Assembly (NCBI GenBank): GCA_012295275.1
Contig: CM022679.1
Location: 29,760,001-29,824,000, forward strand
Direction: 5' to 3'
DNA length: 64,000 nucleotides
DNA from: Chrysomallon squamiferum
Taxonomy: Eukaryota > Animalia > Mollusca
Numbering within the stretch: position 1 is the stretch's first letter; each line of letters opens with the position of its first letter. Below, piece after piece: positions 1 to 17,352 of the stretch. The notes under the pieces are model-generated. The model searched no databases, was not told the origin of the DNA, and saw nothing but the letters and a program-made list of their open reading frames with translations. A program made the translations under genes and the position numbers.

Positions 1-183
1 TTGTGATTATGTTCAGGGTAAATATCTATTTGTATGTTGTATCAACACTGATTTTTAGATGTTTCTCTGTTGTTAATTTTAAATGAATAGATTGAACTGT
101 TCTTGTGTGTGTTTATTAAGACAACATTATGATAGGTTACTTATTGCTTCAAGTTAATGTTTGTCATATGATGTGATTCACAG

Positions 184-316
184 ACTAGCCCAGTTATGTT
201 TGAAGAGAGGCAGAGGACCAACAACTCGCCAAGCCCTGCCCCCTCTGAACAGAGTACTGTCAATCACAAGAGTCCCATGATGGATGATGTGTTAGAAATT
301 CTTATCAGACATGGCG
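184..316 (+). CDS. Penultimate exon of myocardin-related transcription factor (MRTF/myocardin-like); gene begins left of the window
   Basis: cag acceptor at 181-183 (alternative cag at 191-193), donor G|gtgaga at 316/317. Encodes ...SPMMDDVLEILIRHG, which joins in phase to E-LPPSAAEEP, matching the conserved MDD[LV][FL][DE]ILI..GE motif of the myocardin/MRTF C-terminus. Confidence 0.75.
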
Positions 317-587
317 GTGAGACATCACTTTACATACATATCTTCTATGTAGTATTTTATGTAAATATAACAGAAATAAAATTAAAACAATAAATAATAA
401 TGAGTTTGATAATGGTGATGAATATGATCTTTTAAAAAAGTAATAATACAATAATAATAATTTGAATATTGATGATACAAATAATAATTTGAATATTGAT
501 GATACAAATAATAATGAAGATATTTTGATGGTGATAACAAAAAGGAATGATTTAAAAAAAAAAATTTGAATTTTTGTTTTACTCTAG

Positions 588-1348
588 AACTGCCCCCAAG
601 TGCTGCCGAGGAACCACTGCCAACTCCGAAGACGACAGAACCAATGGTGATACCAACAGTGACGTCAGTACCGCAGTCGTCAACACAGCAACAGAGCATC
701 CACAGTCAGACGTTAGCGTCGTCTGTCCCAACGATGACAAACAGCCTGATGTCCACGCAGACGGGCAGCAAGAAGGAGGGTGGAGTTTCGCCCTTCACAA
801 TGTCAGGTGTTCCTGGAAGTGACCCCTCTGCCTCAGAGCTCTTTGATCTCACGGAGATGCTGTCGTCCGGCACTGACCTCGGCACAATGGACTGGACGAC
901 AGACGGCACGATTTCCGGGCTGGACCTCTCCGACCCTGCCACGAGCATTTCGTTTGACACGAAGGTGAGCGACTACGACAGCAGCAAGTGTCTGCTGAGC
1001 GTGCCCGTCACGTCGTACTGCGCTCAGAACTACATCGGCAGCACGCACGGGTCGGAGCCGGACCTGGCGTCGCTGGGACTGTCGGAGTGCTGCGATGCCA
1101 ACAGCAGCAGCAGCATGCAGATCGACGTGTCTGACTGGCTGGACGTCATCATGCCCAGCACCGGTCTGACCCCCCTCAGCACGAACGCCCCCGTGTCCTT
1201 CTCCTCCGACCCCATTCTCACACCAAAGACGCAGCAGGAGGTGTTGGATCTGTTCAACTTCGACGAGTCTGACTTCAACACCCCCTCCGACCCCACGTCG
1301 GGCTTGAACTGGGAGAGTCTGACAGAGCCCAGCGCTAGCTCCAGCTAA
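588..1348 (+). CDS. Terminal exon of MRTF/myocardin-like gene (acidic Ser/Thr-rich transactivation region)
   Basis: tttttgttttactctag acceptor ending at 587; GC-rich open frame to TAA at 1346-1348; acidic segments IDVSDWLD, EVLDLFNFDESDF. Confidence 0.8.
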
Positions 1349-2326
1349 CTACGTCTCTGTCAGTTAAGTAGTAGTGGGTTAGCTGGTGCGTGTTGTGAGG
1401 GTGTGTGTGTGTGTGTGGCCGAGTGTCTGTGTGATATGTTTTGTTTACGACTAAAGTATTGATTGGTTTGGCTGGCTCCCAGATGATGATGACCAGATGA
1501 GCCAAGCCTTCTTATTGGACCAAGTGCCTATCATGGAGCCATGTGGACCAATCAGTGACATGGATTGGCATTAGTTTATCAAGAGAAACACAACAAACAA
1601 AAATAAAAGGTGACTGGTGTACGACAAGACAGACTTTGAGCTGACTGTGTTAGTTGTTACAGCATCAGGTCTTGTAATGCAGGTACCGAAAAAAAAAACA
1701 AAAAAAAAAAAACAACCTTTTTTTTACTTTTAATGTCTGTTTATTGGGTCATTGGTCCTGTTGTGATAACTAGTAGAACTGCCTCTTCTAGCCTTGAACA
1801 ACAACAACAACAAAAATATAAATAAAATAAAAATAACTTAAACAACGATTGAACCTAAATTAGAGGTATTTGACTATGTATTACTTAGCAATGAAAAAAA
1901 ACAAAACAAAAAGTTTAAAATCTTTTTCAAACAAAATGTATCCATTAATTCTAAACTCTGGCTCAGAAGGTTAAAGAATTACGCTGTGTTAGATGAAGAA
2001 AGGCAACAGCCAGTCAGAAAGCATGTACGTGTTAACCAATCACGTGCAAAGAATTGTTAATGGACCAATCATTGGCCAGTATTTTGTACTGGAAAGCCAA
2101 AATAATTGACATGTTGTTATATGCTGTATAGGTATGTGATATGAACAGGATAGCATCAGACTAGAATGATGTTTTACATTATAAATATGAAATATCAAAA
2201 AAAAATTAAGCTGGACTGTAAGTTATCCACAAGTTTGTAGCTAAATATTAGTTACTGAGTTGTTGTTTATTTTTCTTTTTTGTATGTTTGTCATATTAAC
2301 TAAGTGTCATGATTTTCATAGCATTT

Positions 2327-2364
<38 letters not shown>

Positions 2365-4106
2365 GTGTGTTCCCTTGTTTTCATTTTGAGTTATTCATTG
2401 CAGTGCTACATGCTGTAATCTGGGTCCATTTTAACAAAATCGGAATGAAGTATTTGAAATATTTTTGTATCTTATCTGCTATAGATTTAGAGTTATCTTT
2501 CTTGTCACACAAGGGACAGACAGCTGGTGATGAGCCTCAGTTTCATTGTTTTTTTTTTTTTTTTAATTATATTTTTAATAAACTTTTTCTGTCATGTTCA
2601 TATTTGATAGAGAAGGTAAATGCTATTTCAGATGTTTTAATAAATTTAAGTAATTTGAAAGATTAAATTAGATATCTTGAAAAATTATTAAGATTTCTTT
2701 ATTTTGTAAAATAAATAATTTGTCTTTCAAAATATTGTAAGCAGAACTATTTTTTTTTCTTTTTTTTTTTGTAATTATTGTTCATTTTGTTTAAAGTATA
2801 TTAAATAAAAAAAGTATATGAAACATTTAAAAAGTGTATGATGAAATAAAATGATGAAAAAAAAATAATAATAGTATAGTAATAAATAATGAAAATAATA
2901 ATTAAAACAAATAAACAAACAAACAAAAAAATATATCCATTAATCTGAGTGTCCCATTCGCTGTGTGTCTGTCCCTCGGTTTGTCTGTCCCTCATCAACA
3001 AATGTATGTATGTTTTGCACTCAACGCCTCTGTTTAAAAAAAAAAGAAATAAATGCATTCCATTCTTCTCGTGTGCTATCCAAGGCTTGCTCCCAAACAA
3101 GAGATAGTGCACAACTTTCCACATTGCTTTGAAATGCAAGTGGTGATGCCAGTTCTTAACACTCAACGGGGACCATCTTCATCAGAACTGCCCAGTTTAG
3201 ACGTAGAGACACCAGTTTGATCACAGCACCATTATTCAGAGAAAGTTCCAACGTCGCACTGCCGTTAGTTTGAAAAATGATTATTCTGTGCAAATAACAG
3301 TGTTGTTTTTTTTGTTGTTGTTTTTTTTGTTTTTTTCTTTTCCTTACAAAATTAGAAATCTTCAGGTTCAGATTTGGACCTTTCAGGAGGTCCATAGGTT
3401 TCTCTTTGCATTAACGCTAAATGGAAATTCTGAGACGTCCTTCCGTACTTCAAGGTGTATATATATATATCTTTGTTTGATGCATGTTTTAACTCAAAAC
3501 TGATCATTTTTCAAACTAGCTGCAGTGAGATGTTTATTCAATATTCAAGAAATTTATACTAAAAAAAAAGATATATATATATATAAAAAAATAAGAGTTA
3601 ACAAGTAAATTAAATAGTAAATTTTTTCTTTTTTCTCGACTTTATTCTTCCATTTCTGGAATTCACACAACTCCAAAATGGCAGTTGATCATTCACCCCT
3701 ACATTCCTGTAGTAGACTCTACCATACCTAAGTTGGATGGCACCAAAACAGGGCAATAAGGGGTGCTTTATTTCTTCCAGCGTCTGGCTTTTTTTAACAT
3801 TCCCCCAATGGTATTGCCACTTTGCTTTTAAGATCAAAGCTGCTTATTTATTTAAATCACAATTAAATTGTTAATAAAAGTAATATATTTATTATATATC
3901 TATTATATATATATTTTTGAAATCCCTGTCAGATGAATTGGTTAGGGAGAAAGTAATAAATGCTATAAGCTGCTCTGCTCACAAACAGAATTCACAGCAT
4001 CATTTTCAGGCAGAAGACAAAAACAGTTCTTGAAGGGGTTTTTTTGGTTGGTGTTTTTTGTTTAAATCTATATTATTATTTATTCTTATTTTATTATTAT
4101 TATTAC

Positions 4107-4158
<52 letters not shown>

Positions 4159-6403
4159 TAATATCTGTTCTTTTACATATAGGAATATAATTTCAGCAGA
4201 ACTGCAGCAAATTTGAATCTGAATCCTTGGTGGGTTTTGGTGGGGGGTTATTTGTTTTATTAATTTATTTATTTTCTTTTTTTTTTAACATTGGTATTAT
4301 GAAGAGGGTAATTTTTTTTCTTAGCCACTAACTGAAGAAAAAGTTTATTACATTTTCAATATTGATTGTTTAAATTTTGTTTTTTAAATTATTTTTTGTA
4401 GGTTGGTACACATTTGTAAACATGAAAGTCCAGATTTAATTAGATCATGCTAAAAGGGTTTTTCTTATGGTTTCAATGAGAAAATGTTAATATGGTTTTC
4501 TATCTGGGATTAAGGAGTAAAAGATTAACAGCATTTTTGTATGGTTTAATGGGATTTTGTGTGTAGATTTAAGGAGACCAAGGATTTCTTTATTCAGATG
4601 TGCTGTCATCCTGCAGATACCAGTGGAAATAAAATTATTTCTGTGAATTTATTAAGTATCTGATTTTGTTCCATAAAAGACACCTTTTCTTCTTTGTCAT
4701 CATCATCATCATCATCATGAATAAATATATAATATATAACTGATTAATAAATATATAATAATTATTAATATGTCATAAATCCAACTACTTTTACCTGCTT
4801 ATTACAAAATTATATATGTATTAGTAAAGTAGTATATTTATCCATATACCAAATCTGAGAGTTAATGAAACCTTATTGGTATTATTGAAAAACAAAATAT
4901 TCTTGTGGAATTTTTTATTTTTGTGTGTTTTTTGTTTTGTTCTTTGTTTTTTACAGCAAGAATCTTCTATCTATCTAATGTTTATGTATATTTTTTCAGT
5001 AAATGAACCCAGTACATCTTTCCAAAGTTATTTAAAAATAAATACATCAAGGAAAAATACCTTTAATAAACTTTACATAATTAAAAATCTTTAGGTTTGA
5101 TCAAATTTAAAAAGAACAAAATATTATCATCGTCGTCGTCATCATCATCAACGTCATATTTTAACATACTGTAATTATTCTGTAATACTGAAGAAAATGG
5201 TGCACACATTTATCAATAAACAGACCTGTTCTTTCTGCCGTCGTCTGAAGCTTGCTTTGTAGATAATAGTATCAGTTACTTTTAACCAGCTTTGCAACAA
5301 GTTGACGAAAACCCGCCGTCAGTTTTTGTACCACTGTTTCAATGCCTTGTGAATACATTTTAGATTAAATATTTATTTCATTACAATAACAGCCATTTTT
5401 AAACGGATAAATGCATATTTTGTTCGCCGAGAGTTACAAAAGAGTGTGTGTTTTTTTTTTTTTAATATCATAAAGATGGAGCTCTGGGTTTCTATGGCGG
5501 AATTTTCAACCTTGGTACAAAAGCAAGATGGCGTGTTGTCTTCAACTGTTCGTAAAGTTTGGTTGAGTGGTCGTTCTGCTCCTGGATGTTGATTATTTAA
5601 TAAAATTTTATATGGTGTATTTTTTCTTTCACTGATATATTTATTGTGGTGTTATTAATTATTAATAGCTAATATAAGTTTTTGCTGAATCATTCTGTTG
5701 TTTTTGAAAACGCGTGTCATAATTTATCATTACAAGAACAATGTTCCATTATGTAGATTCCTGTGTGCTTTTTTTTTTGTATTATTATGTTTCCATGACA
5801 TCATGTCGAGATTGTTAATACAGTAACTGTACTATATGTCACAAACGATTGTCTTTTTGTTTCGTTGGTTTTTTTCATTTCAGTTTATTTTGTCGTCTGT
5901 TTTGTAAATTAAATCTTCACTTGCACAAATATTCCATCGTTTACAAAAGCTGTACAAAGCTGCTAGAACAGATGTTTGGGCAGGCTGGCATTGCAGGAAA
6001 ATGTCGTGTGTATGTCCGATGCTAATTTAATTTATTGTTAAGGTAGAAATACGATATGACGAACAATTCTGAGTGTTGATTGCAGGCTTGGCAAACTGTT
6101 TTTATTTTTGCAGTGATTAATTAATATAGATTGACGTTAAAATATAAACTATTTTAATAAAGTGTAAATTACGTTTTGAAACAGAAACTATGTTTAAAAA
6201 GCTTGTAATATTACTAGAATTAAAAGAGAAAATGTGACAATTCAAAATCAATCGGTATGATTTTATGGTACATTAGAATTTTGCAGAAATATAGAAAATG
6301 TCCTTGAAAAGTTTCCAGATGAGTATAATAATAATAATAATTATTATTGATTGATTTCGGCTGCTTGAAAACATTAATTCAGCAAAATAATCATATAACT
6401 AGA

Positions 6404-6434
<31 letters not shown>

Positions 6435-8488
6435 AATCTTACCATTTTATGTAAAAGTGAACGTAGCCAACTTTTTTTAAAAAAAAAACATATCAAATAA
6501 TAATTTGACATAAAAAATAATTGCCGAGCGTATTTCAGTAATGATGGTGATAGCAAACTATTAAATGTGATAGATTTTGAAGTTATGTATTACAGACATG
6601 CTGTAATATTATACAGTTATTATATTTTTCAGTATTGTATTAGAAAACAAAAAAATATATATATAGCTAAAGTGCTAAGATAGAAAACATATCAGTGCCT
6701 ATTGATATATAACATTTTATGTGGGGAGAAAAAAAATGTCAGGGGTTTGACTGTTAATAATTATTAAAATATACCTAGTAGATTTTTGTGTTTAGATTAG
6801 ATAGATATTCAGTAAATTTACCGATTTATATTACGAAAGAGATGAGAAGTGTTTTGATTTGCGGTGCCATGTTATTTTAGTACTGTTCAAATGCTTCCCA
6901 TTATGTCACAGTATTACTATTATTATTACTGGAACTGTTTTACTAATATACGACTGACTGCGGTTTGTTATCTGTCATTGGGTTATGCTGAAGATCAAAT
7001 AACCTCAGGGAATCAGTTCTGTGTATTGGAAACCCGTTACCCTGCTGGACAGTTCACTCAACTATAATATATATATACATATATATACATACATATATAT
7101 AAAACATAGCTGATTGGAACTATTATTAATAACTTGCCGTTTTCGGTCTGTATGTCTAGATTGGACTATTACGTTTTGTCATGCGTGAGTGTGTGAGTTA
7201 GTGAGTGAGTGAGTGAGTTGAGAGTCCTTTTAAGTTTCTTCATAGAATGAACAACGTGATTGTGCGTGAGTGCGTGCGCGGTACTACTAAACACACTGTC
7301 GTCATTGTAGAATACTCATTTTTTAACGTTGATTGTTCAGGACTCCTTTATTATTCAGATTCATTTTAAGTTAATTTCTGCAATGTCTGCTGTTTTGCTA
7401 ATTTTCTTTGTCGTAACAGATTGTCATTAACAAAAATTAAAAAAATAACATAAATTTACTAGTTTTAGCAATATATATATATATTTACATATGGGCATTA
7501 AATATTGTATCAGTATATATTTTAGTATTAATTGTGTCCAACAACAGCAAAAGAAGAAAAACTACTTGTAATATATCAGATGTTACGTTACGTAATATTA
7601 CCTGTCATCGTTGAAGAAACAAATCTTCGAGATGCGTTACGTTTCGATTCATTACTGGTGCAATTAACTGTAATATTTCAATTTGTCATATAACGGATAT
7701 TTTAAAACTGTGTATTACCTATTTGGCTGAATCGTATGTCTCGTTTAATAATTCCTGTTAATGGGTAGGTGTTATTTACTGCTTAGAAAATGCCGATCTA
7801 ACCCCATTTACCAGAAAAAGGTAAGACCGACGACGGAAATCTGAAAAACGCTATGTTTAAATTAGTTCAGATAAATTTTATTTTTTATTGTTAAATTCAA
7901 CCTTTCGTCATGGCCTGAAACTGTACGGTTAATATATATTAAGCAGTTAGACTCTTCGTAACCTAGAACGAAATAAATAATAATAATAATAATAAAAAAT
8001 AATAATAATAACAATGATGACAACTTTAATGAAAAAGTTCTTCTTAACTATATCTTTATAATACGAATATATCCGTTTCATTAATATTCAGTAATAGGGT
8101 CGATTTTTTTTTTTTTTTTTTTTTGTAATTAACCTGTACCATAATAAATAATTAATAATAATAATAATTGTTAAAAAGTGTTATTATTATTATTATTATT
8201 ATTACTGAAATCCTCAGCTTGTTCTAATCACTTTGTCACTGTGGATGTAGATGTGTTACTTGCGTGTTTCTCTCATTTCTCATCGTGTATGCAACGTAAC
8301 AACCACAGAGATTCTTAGAACACGTTTTGCAGGTTTTATTTGTCGGTTTAATTCGAAAAAAGCTGTAATGTACCCAGGTATTAACAGAACTCGCAGAGTG
8401 GTTAAAAGTGTTTTGATACATTTTGGAAACGTTGCTGAAGTTTAATAGTAGTAGTAGTAGTAACTGTAGTATGTATTTATTGTTATTG

Positions 8489-8546
<58 letters not shown>

Positions 8547-8805
8547 TGTTATATTATTACAGGAAACCAAATTATTTTTTTTTAATTTTGAAACTGATGA
8601 ATTTGTGATTATATAAATCATAGTCCACGGTCACAAAGCGGTAATCAAAGTATGCACGAACGCACACGTCCGCACGTGTACATGCGTACCAACAGCAGCC
8701 AAATACATTTATTTTGTAATAAAAAATAACTAAAAACAGTAATAGAAATTTAAACTTGTTTTCAGTGGTTTAACTTAAATGTAATAAAAATAAAAAAAAA
8801 AAACA

Positions 8806-8843
<38 letters not shown>

Positions 8844-9515
8844 ATGTAAATAAATAATAAATGTTTAATTTATAATGCATGCATAATGCTATATATGAAA
8901 ACAGACGGTGTTTTGAGTTACGTTACGGATTGACTCATTCCAAATCATTTGATTTTGATCGGCTTTCTTCCATTCTTAAAACAATGTCTTATTATAATCA
9001 CTTGCCTGCATATAAATTGCTAAACTAATAAAATTAAATGGATGAGATGTTCTGTCATATTATTTCATTCTTCCATTCGAATGTCGTTAACATTATTGTT
9101 TCATTAAAGTTTATACTTAGAACAAATGAAGGTGTATTAATTAAACCATAAAGTCTTCTTTTGTAAATCCTTCACTGATATATATTGTATATATTTATAC
9201 ATACTTTCATAGTCATCGGAATTAATAAAGTGATGAAACTGTTTGTAATTTATGTAAATGTCTATATATATATATAATGATACACGCAGACATACAAAGT
9301 TTTAATTGCTGAACTAATATATTCTTAAACACTGCGTCTGTTCATCAAATTGTGTGTTTGTCTGTCTGACCACTTGTTGAAATTGTTAGAAACACTCGTG
9401 TCTTGGTTCTAGCTTGTTTATCAGTTTGCTGTGGCAAGAATTGTTAAAAACGTCATATTCTGCCTATGTTTCAGAAATGCACTAAACATGAAAAAAAAAA
9501 AAAGTGTTTTGTTGT

Positions 9516-9633
<118 letters not shown>

Positions 9634-11365
9634 AGAGAATATTCATTTATTCTTAAATTTATTATTTTTACAAACCGACCTTTTAACTTGTACAAATAAT
9701 CTAGTAAATTTGCTTCAGGAATTATTATTTTCTTTTTGTTATTATATAGCGACTAACACAGAACAGGAACAAACACAACACTTGTTGATATCGCACCGTC
9801 ATTTTACAGAATTTTATTTAATTTATCTTCTTTTTTTTTTTTTTTTTTTTTCGACAATTTACGTATACAGGAATTCGAAATTAAATCACGTTTTTGTCTG
9901 ATAAATGACGTCCATTTTGCACCCTTCCGAATGTTAACGGAATATTCATCTTGCCGTAGATCGCTGTTTACGTTTTGATATACTTTACATTTAAACACGA
10001 CGACGACGACGACATTAGCTTCGTACCTGTTTTAATTTTACGACCTTGTAATTAAAATATCATCAGTTTATCGTTACAAGGGATGACTGTGTCGGAAGTG
10101 AAGAGGCATATCTATCTGTCTACTGCGCGTACCGGGTCATAGGCACCGTTATTGGTCTATAAAAACAAAATAACACTTTGACAGTGTTAAAAATAATTTT
10201 ACACTAATCGCTTTACGAAATTCTTATCGCCAGTGTTTAGTTACAAAATAAGAACAACAAAGCACCAGCAATAATAATAATAATAACAGTAATAATAATA
10301 ATACTTTTATCATCATACAGGTGCATTTAACTGGACCAATCATTTATTTACTTATCTATTTATTCTCTATCTGTGTTTGGGTACGTATGCACACACACAC
10401 ACACACATCTATATATATCTATAATCGGTTCATCATCTTTCTAAAAATGAGAAGTCGACCTTGACCCTGTAACAAATAAGACTTCTTATTACCACTGTTG
10501 GCCAGTCGCCAGTTGCCAACTTAGTGGATGTAAAGAAAATTCCAGAACACGTGACGCCTCTGACGCAGGACGCCGAGCTGTAATCGTGATCCACTGACAG
10601 AACGTTTTTCCACGGGGAAGGCACATTTTCCTGTCACTATCGCTGAATCAGTGACAAGCGTACAGTTCGTTAAGAACGTTGTAGCTCGCGTTGATAGGCC
10701 GCAACAAATTACTTTTCTGTTTTTTACGTTGGTACTGAGGTAAGAAACGTATTTCGAATTAAGGGTGAACTTGTGGTTCAGTTTTCCACGACGTTTGTTC
10801 TGTTTTGGTTTCTCCTTTCGTTGTTTGAATTAGTTGCAGATTTCCTACCTTTTACTACGGGGTATTTAGATAACTCTGTGTTGTACAAATACGACATTAT
10901 GTACCTTCTTATTCAGATGTTTTAGTGAACGTTATGTTCCCATACCATTCCAAAGTGACCCCAGTAACAGTCCAAGCTTCATGGGCCCAAAAATGTGGGT
11001 CCATTGCTGACCATACACATCACAATAAAAAGTTATTTAACGCCAAAAGATAAATAAATAAAAAATAATAAAGGCTCCCTAAATTCTGCTTATTTAATAT
11101 TAGGAGTAATCGGATCACATTTCAGATGATTTCATGGCAAAGTACGTATATCTTCAGTAATTAAACATTAAAAAAATCTAAAATGTTTTGTACTGTTCCT
11201 GTAAAAAAAATGTTTTTGTGGTTTATATGTTCGCGACCGACAACAACCTAACTGGATACAAATCAAAAATGACAAAGATAGTTGATACTGATTACAAAGT
11301 TTTTTTACAATAAATTGTTAAAATACAGACAACAAGAATAACAGCATACAAATCAGATGACAGAT

Positions 11366-11494
<129 letters not shown>

Positions 11495-12321
11495 GAAAGA
11501 AAAGAAAATGACAGAGAAACAAACAAAATAACCCACAACTACCAAAAAATGAAAATGATGGAAATGTGCAGTAATCTGCTCTCGAGATCTCAGATGTAAA
11601 TAATGTTTATTGTTTCGGTTTTTACTCTTTTTTCACGTTTGTTTTTTTGCTGACGTTTTGGCTTGTCTTTATCTTTTAGGTGAGTTTTTACATTTTGAAA
11701 AACAAGACACTGATGAAATGGTTTACAGAAATCATTTTTTAGTTGTTTTTTTTTTAACTCATGTTAACTGATTGAAGAGATAGGGTCTATCGGCTAAACT
11801 TGTTTTGTTCTTCTCTGTTTTTTTTTTTTTTTTTTATTATTTTTTTTTTTAGTTCTAAAAAAAAAAAAAAAAAAACCTCGAATGTTAACAGGACTGTCGA
11901 TGTAATTTAAACTAACTGACTGTTTTTGTATTGGTTGGTGATAAAGATTTAGCATTTCAACTTTGACAGATCACAGAAATACTTCAAAAACAGAATAATC
12001 AGTTTTCTGGAATGAGTTATTGCGTGCCGCCATCTTTGTTCAAATTTCCGCGCTTAGGCCAATTCCCTGTTAATGACTTGCTAACAAAAATGAAGCTACA
12101 TTTCTCTGGGGGTTTTTAAATTTAAAAAAAAAAAAAATGTGTTGTTGTTTTTTGTGTTTTATTTTATTTTATTTTATTATTTTATTTTCTGAACTTTTTT
12201 CACAAGTGTATTGAGTTTACTTTAGTGTTTTTATTTGTGTGTGCTTGTAACTTCAAAATGACAAGCCTAATTCAAGATGGCGTTGACATGTATGAAAACA
12301 GTTTTTTTTTTTTTTTTAAAC

Positions 12322-12435
<114 letters not shown>

Positions 12436-13735
12436 GTTACTTCAAGAATGGTAAATAGATTTGTTTTCAGCGTATAGGCTCCCCATATTCACGATAACGT
12501 TTATTCACGCGCATGCGTACTCTTTACATATTCCTCACGATGATCCACCCACTCATATGTGTTGAGTGATTAAAAAAAATTAAAAATTAAAAAAGAAAAA
12601 CAACAGGAAAAGAAAAAAAAAGAAACGTGTTAAATATATTTACAGATGTTTTGCCTTGTTTTGAATTGTATTTATCTTTTAAGTCTGTTTTAGGATTCCG
12701 AGGAAATGATGTTCCTTTTATTTATTTATTTATTTATTATTTATTATTATTTATGTTAAACATCATGCACATATAAAACAAACGTAATTACTTACCAGTT
12801 TACATACACACACACACAAACATAAACAAAAAACAAACACATAGATTAAAAAAACAATACCGCATACATGTCTGCAAACACGTACACAATATAAACATAC
12901 GTACAACATGTACGTTTGGACGTAAGCATGCATGTCGAAAAACGCACACGTATATATTATACACAACGTGCATACACAGACAGACACTCGTACGTACATG
13001 CACAACAAACACATATCCAGGCACACGTAAAATGTACATTATATAACATAATTGTATATATACACACACGTACATAGCATATACATGCATACACATACAT
13101 ATACACAACATAAAGAACACTTACATGTAGACACACACAGATAGATAAACAACATACAAGTTGAAAAGACAAACACATAAATACCCAATATATACATGAG
13201 TAACGTGGTGACAGGCGTATGTACACAATACATAAAGGTAAATACATATACGTAAATATACGTCTGGACGGACGTACATGCAGAACACATACACGTAGAC
13301 ACCCACATGTACATCAGATACAAGTACAGACATTCAACCCACATGCGCACGTACATTCATATATATATAAATACACAAAATGTATGTACACACACAAAAA
13401 TGACCTAATCATTGTAAAATGTGGCTAATTTCAGCACAGCGGCTGTCATTTTTTTATAGACACGGCTTCTTGTGCAGATAATCACAAACAGAAACACCAG
13501 CAACCTTCTTCAAACCCTGTATGAAATCTGCTTCCTGGTCGGGCGTCGCCATCTTTGTTACGATTACCGTGGTTAGCCTAATTCCGTTTTGATGAATTAC
13601 TTATGATGAAGACGTTTTCGTAACCTTTTTCTTTTTACACAGCAGGATATACATTTCTAGGATACTGTTCTGTTGTATTTCATTACATCTACTACTTCTG
13701 TATTTGTTGCTACAGTTATTATTGTTGTTGTTGAT

Positions 13736-14830
<1,095 letters not shown>

Positions 14831-15258
14831 AACTATAATTCCATCCCAAACAGCTATAAAAAAAAAAAAAAATTACTTAAAAAGCAGTCATCACTTTTCT
14901 TCATTTAAAAGTTTAAAAATCGTCAGCTATATAAAGCCCTCTTGATGAAGCTTATAAAAAGTTAATGCTTGCGTCTCGATTGAATAATATATTTTCAGTT
15001 TTTCTCAGTTCAGTAAATACGGACATTTGAAGCTAAATGAATTTTCAAACTAACCAGTGTTACAAAACATAAATGTTCATTGTCATTAGAAGAATAACTT
15101 GTTGTTAAAAGCTAGTTGATTCAGTTGATATAGTACTTATATTCTGTATTTAATATTTTCAGTTATACCAGCGCGGAATATTCCAAGTACTGTTTACAAA
15201 TATAAACCATTTTAAAAAATTTAGAATTATTTTTACATGATTACATGAATGATTGGTT

Positions 15259-15301
<43 letters not shown>

Positions 15302-15622
15302 TTGCATACAAGCATGGATACTGAAGTTTCTCATTCAAATCGGGATGAATACATCCAGTAGTCTGTTGGTGTTTGAAAGATAAATATTCCAGTATTACAT
15401 CACAGCATTTAATTTCTGTTTCTATCCTTGAATTACGTCAAATGTCACATATGACGTCACAAACAATTGTTAAAGAATTCCTTGACGACCGTTCAAGTTT
15501 GCTGCCATTGTATAAGAAACTTTCGTCATCTGAGATAATATTATGACGTCATAATAATTTCATGAATATTCAGTGTGTAGTGATTGAGTTGACGGATCTG
15601 TACTTGGTTGCGGCAGATGAAA

Positions 15623-15705
15623 TTACGACAACCTTTCGTATCCTGACAACTTCGGAATGATTAATGAGCCCTGTCAAATAAAATAAATCATGTATATGTG
15701 TATTA

Positions 15706-15751
<46 letters not shown>

Positions 15752-16357
15752 GTAGCAACAATAACAACAACAATAAGAAGATAAGAAACCGCTACAGCAA
15801 TAATAATAATATTTTCAAACATTTATATATATACATACACACACAAACACATGCTTACATACATACATATATAGATGTATACACATAAAAAAAGATGCAG
15901 TTGCCTCTTAATTAACAGCGAAATCTAACTAGAAAAGTACAGTTTAAATATATCATGGGATTCTTCATTTTGCAATGACATATGGGAAAAAAGAAATACA
16001 CGATGACGTCACAACTCTAATTGTGACGGGTAAAATGGCGGTGTTCATATCTTATGTAATAGCAGTAGTATTTTATTGTCATACTTGATTATTATCGATT
16101 ATAGATAGCCCCAAACAATGTAACAATATAATAATAATAAATCTGAACTTTCTAAACTATATACGTGTAGATGTTAATAAACGAGTATTATAAAGTGTAG
16201 TGTACAGTACTGGAGAAAATGGCAATGTAAATTGTGAGAGAAGAGAAAGGGAGATAAGTGAAATGTTTACCTCGTCGTTTTGGTAACTGGCATTCGTAAA
16301 TGACCACAGTTTGTAAGATACAGGACCCAGTGACCATGATCTGTCACGGAATTTTCT

Positions 16358-16405
<48 letters not shown>

Positions 16406-16515
16406 GTAGTAATAGTAGTAGTAGTAGTAGTAGTAGTAATAATAATGGTAATAATAATAATAATAATAGTAATAATAATAGTGGTAGTAGTAGTAATATT
16501 AACAATAACAATATC

Positions 16516-16572
<57 letters not shown>

Positions 16573-16634
16573 ACGATAGAAAATAATATTAACACCAGTA
16601 ACAGTTTTGCAATTCTCATTATTATTATTATTAT

Positions 16635-16677
<43 letters not shown>

Positions 16678-17006
16678 GATAATAATAATAATAATGATGA
16701 TGATGAAGAAGAAGAAGAAGACGAAGACGAATAATAACAGAAACAATTAAACCTGCAAGAAAAACAGTACTAATCATCTCAGTATCAACACAACTGAAGT
16801 TCTACATGAAAAATAACGATCTCGTTTCAACTGCTTGCATGGATCCTCTGACTAGCCTGCAGGTTCGCTATTGTTATCTAAGAAACCCAAAACACTCGAT
16901 TGCTATCTCTACTCACAATCTTTTTTATCCTGACTAAAACTAGAACTGCTCTCGGCAGTTAGACAGTTCAGTTAAATTCCTTCAGAACGTTAACAAAACG
17001 TTTAAA

Positions 17007-17037
<31 letters not shown>

Positions 17038-17263
17038 TAAATAAAAACGAAAATGTGTTTACTAAAACTGCTTTAAAAAAAATAAAAATAAAAAATACAT
17101 AGAACGAAACTAATAAATACAGAAAGGACGAAGAAAAGAAACCAGAAAATTAAAACAAATTTACTTAATTAAATATTAATTGATAAAAATAAATTTAAAA
17201 ACAGTAATGAAACCAACAACAAAATTTTAATAATAATAATAATAATAATAAATAAAATAATAA

Positions 17264-17352
<89 letters not shown>

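Noticed and set aside
705-726. SQTLASSV / ACGTTAGCGTCGTC shared between the MRTF exon and the mucin exon (about 18442-18455)
   Set aside because: A 14-nt match in Ser/Thr-rich sequence with no flanking homology; treated as chance.
1349-6200. Exact 3' UTR end of the MRTF-like gene
   Set aside because: Many AATAAA hexamers in AT-rich DNA; cannot be resolved without transcripts.
16267-16746. Poly-N/I/L ORFs, and similar ORFs at 9.4, 12.2, 14.0, 23.1, 29.5, 31.9 and 45.5 kb
   Set aside because: Translations of microsatellites; only the spliced exon parts listed in features are credible.
16690-16752. Alternative mucin exon-3 acceptor at 16753
   Set aside because: Reads straight into microsatellite; the 16355-16271 exon gives a better phase-matched tail.
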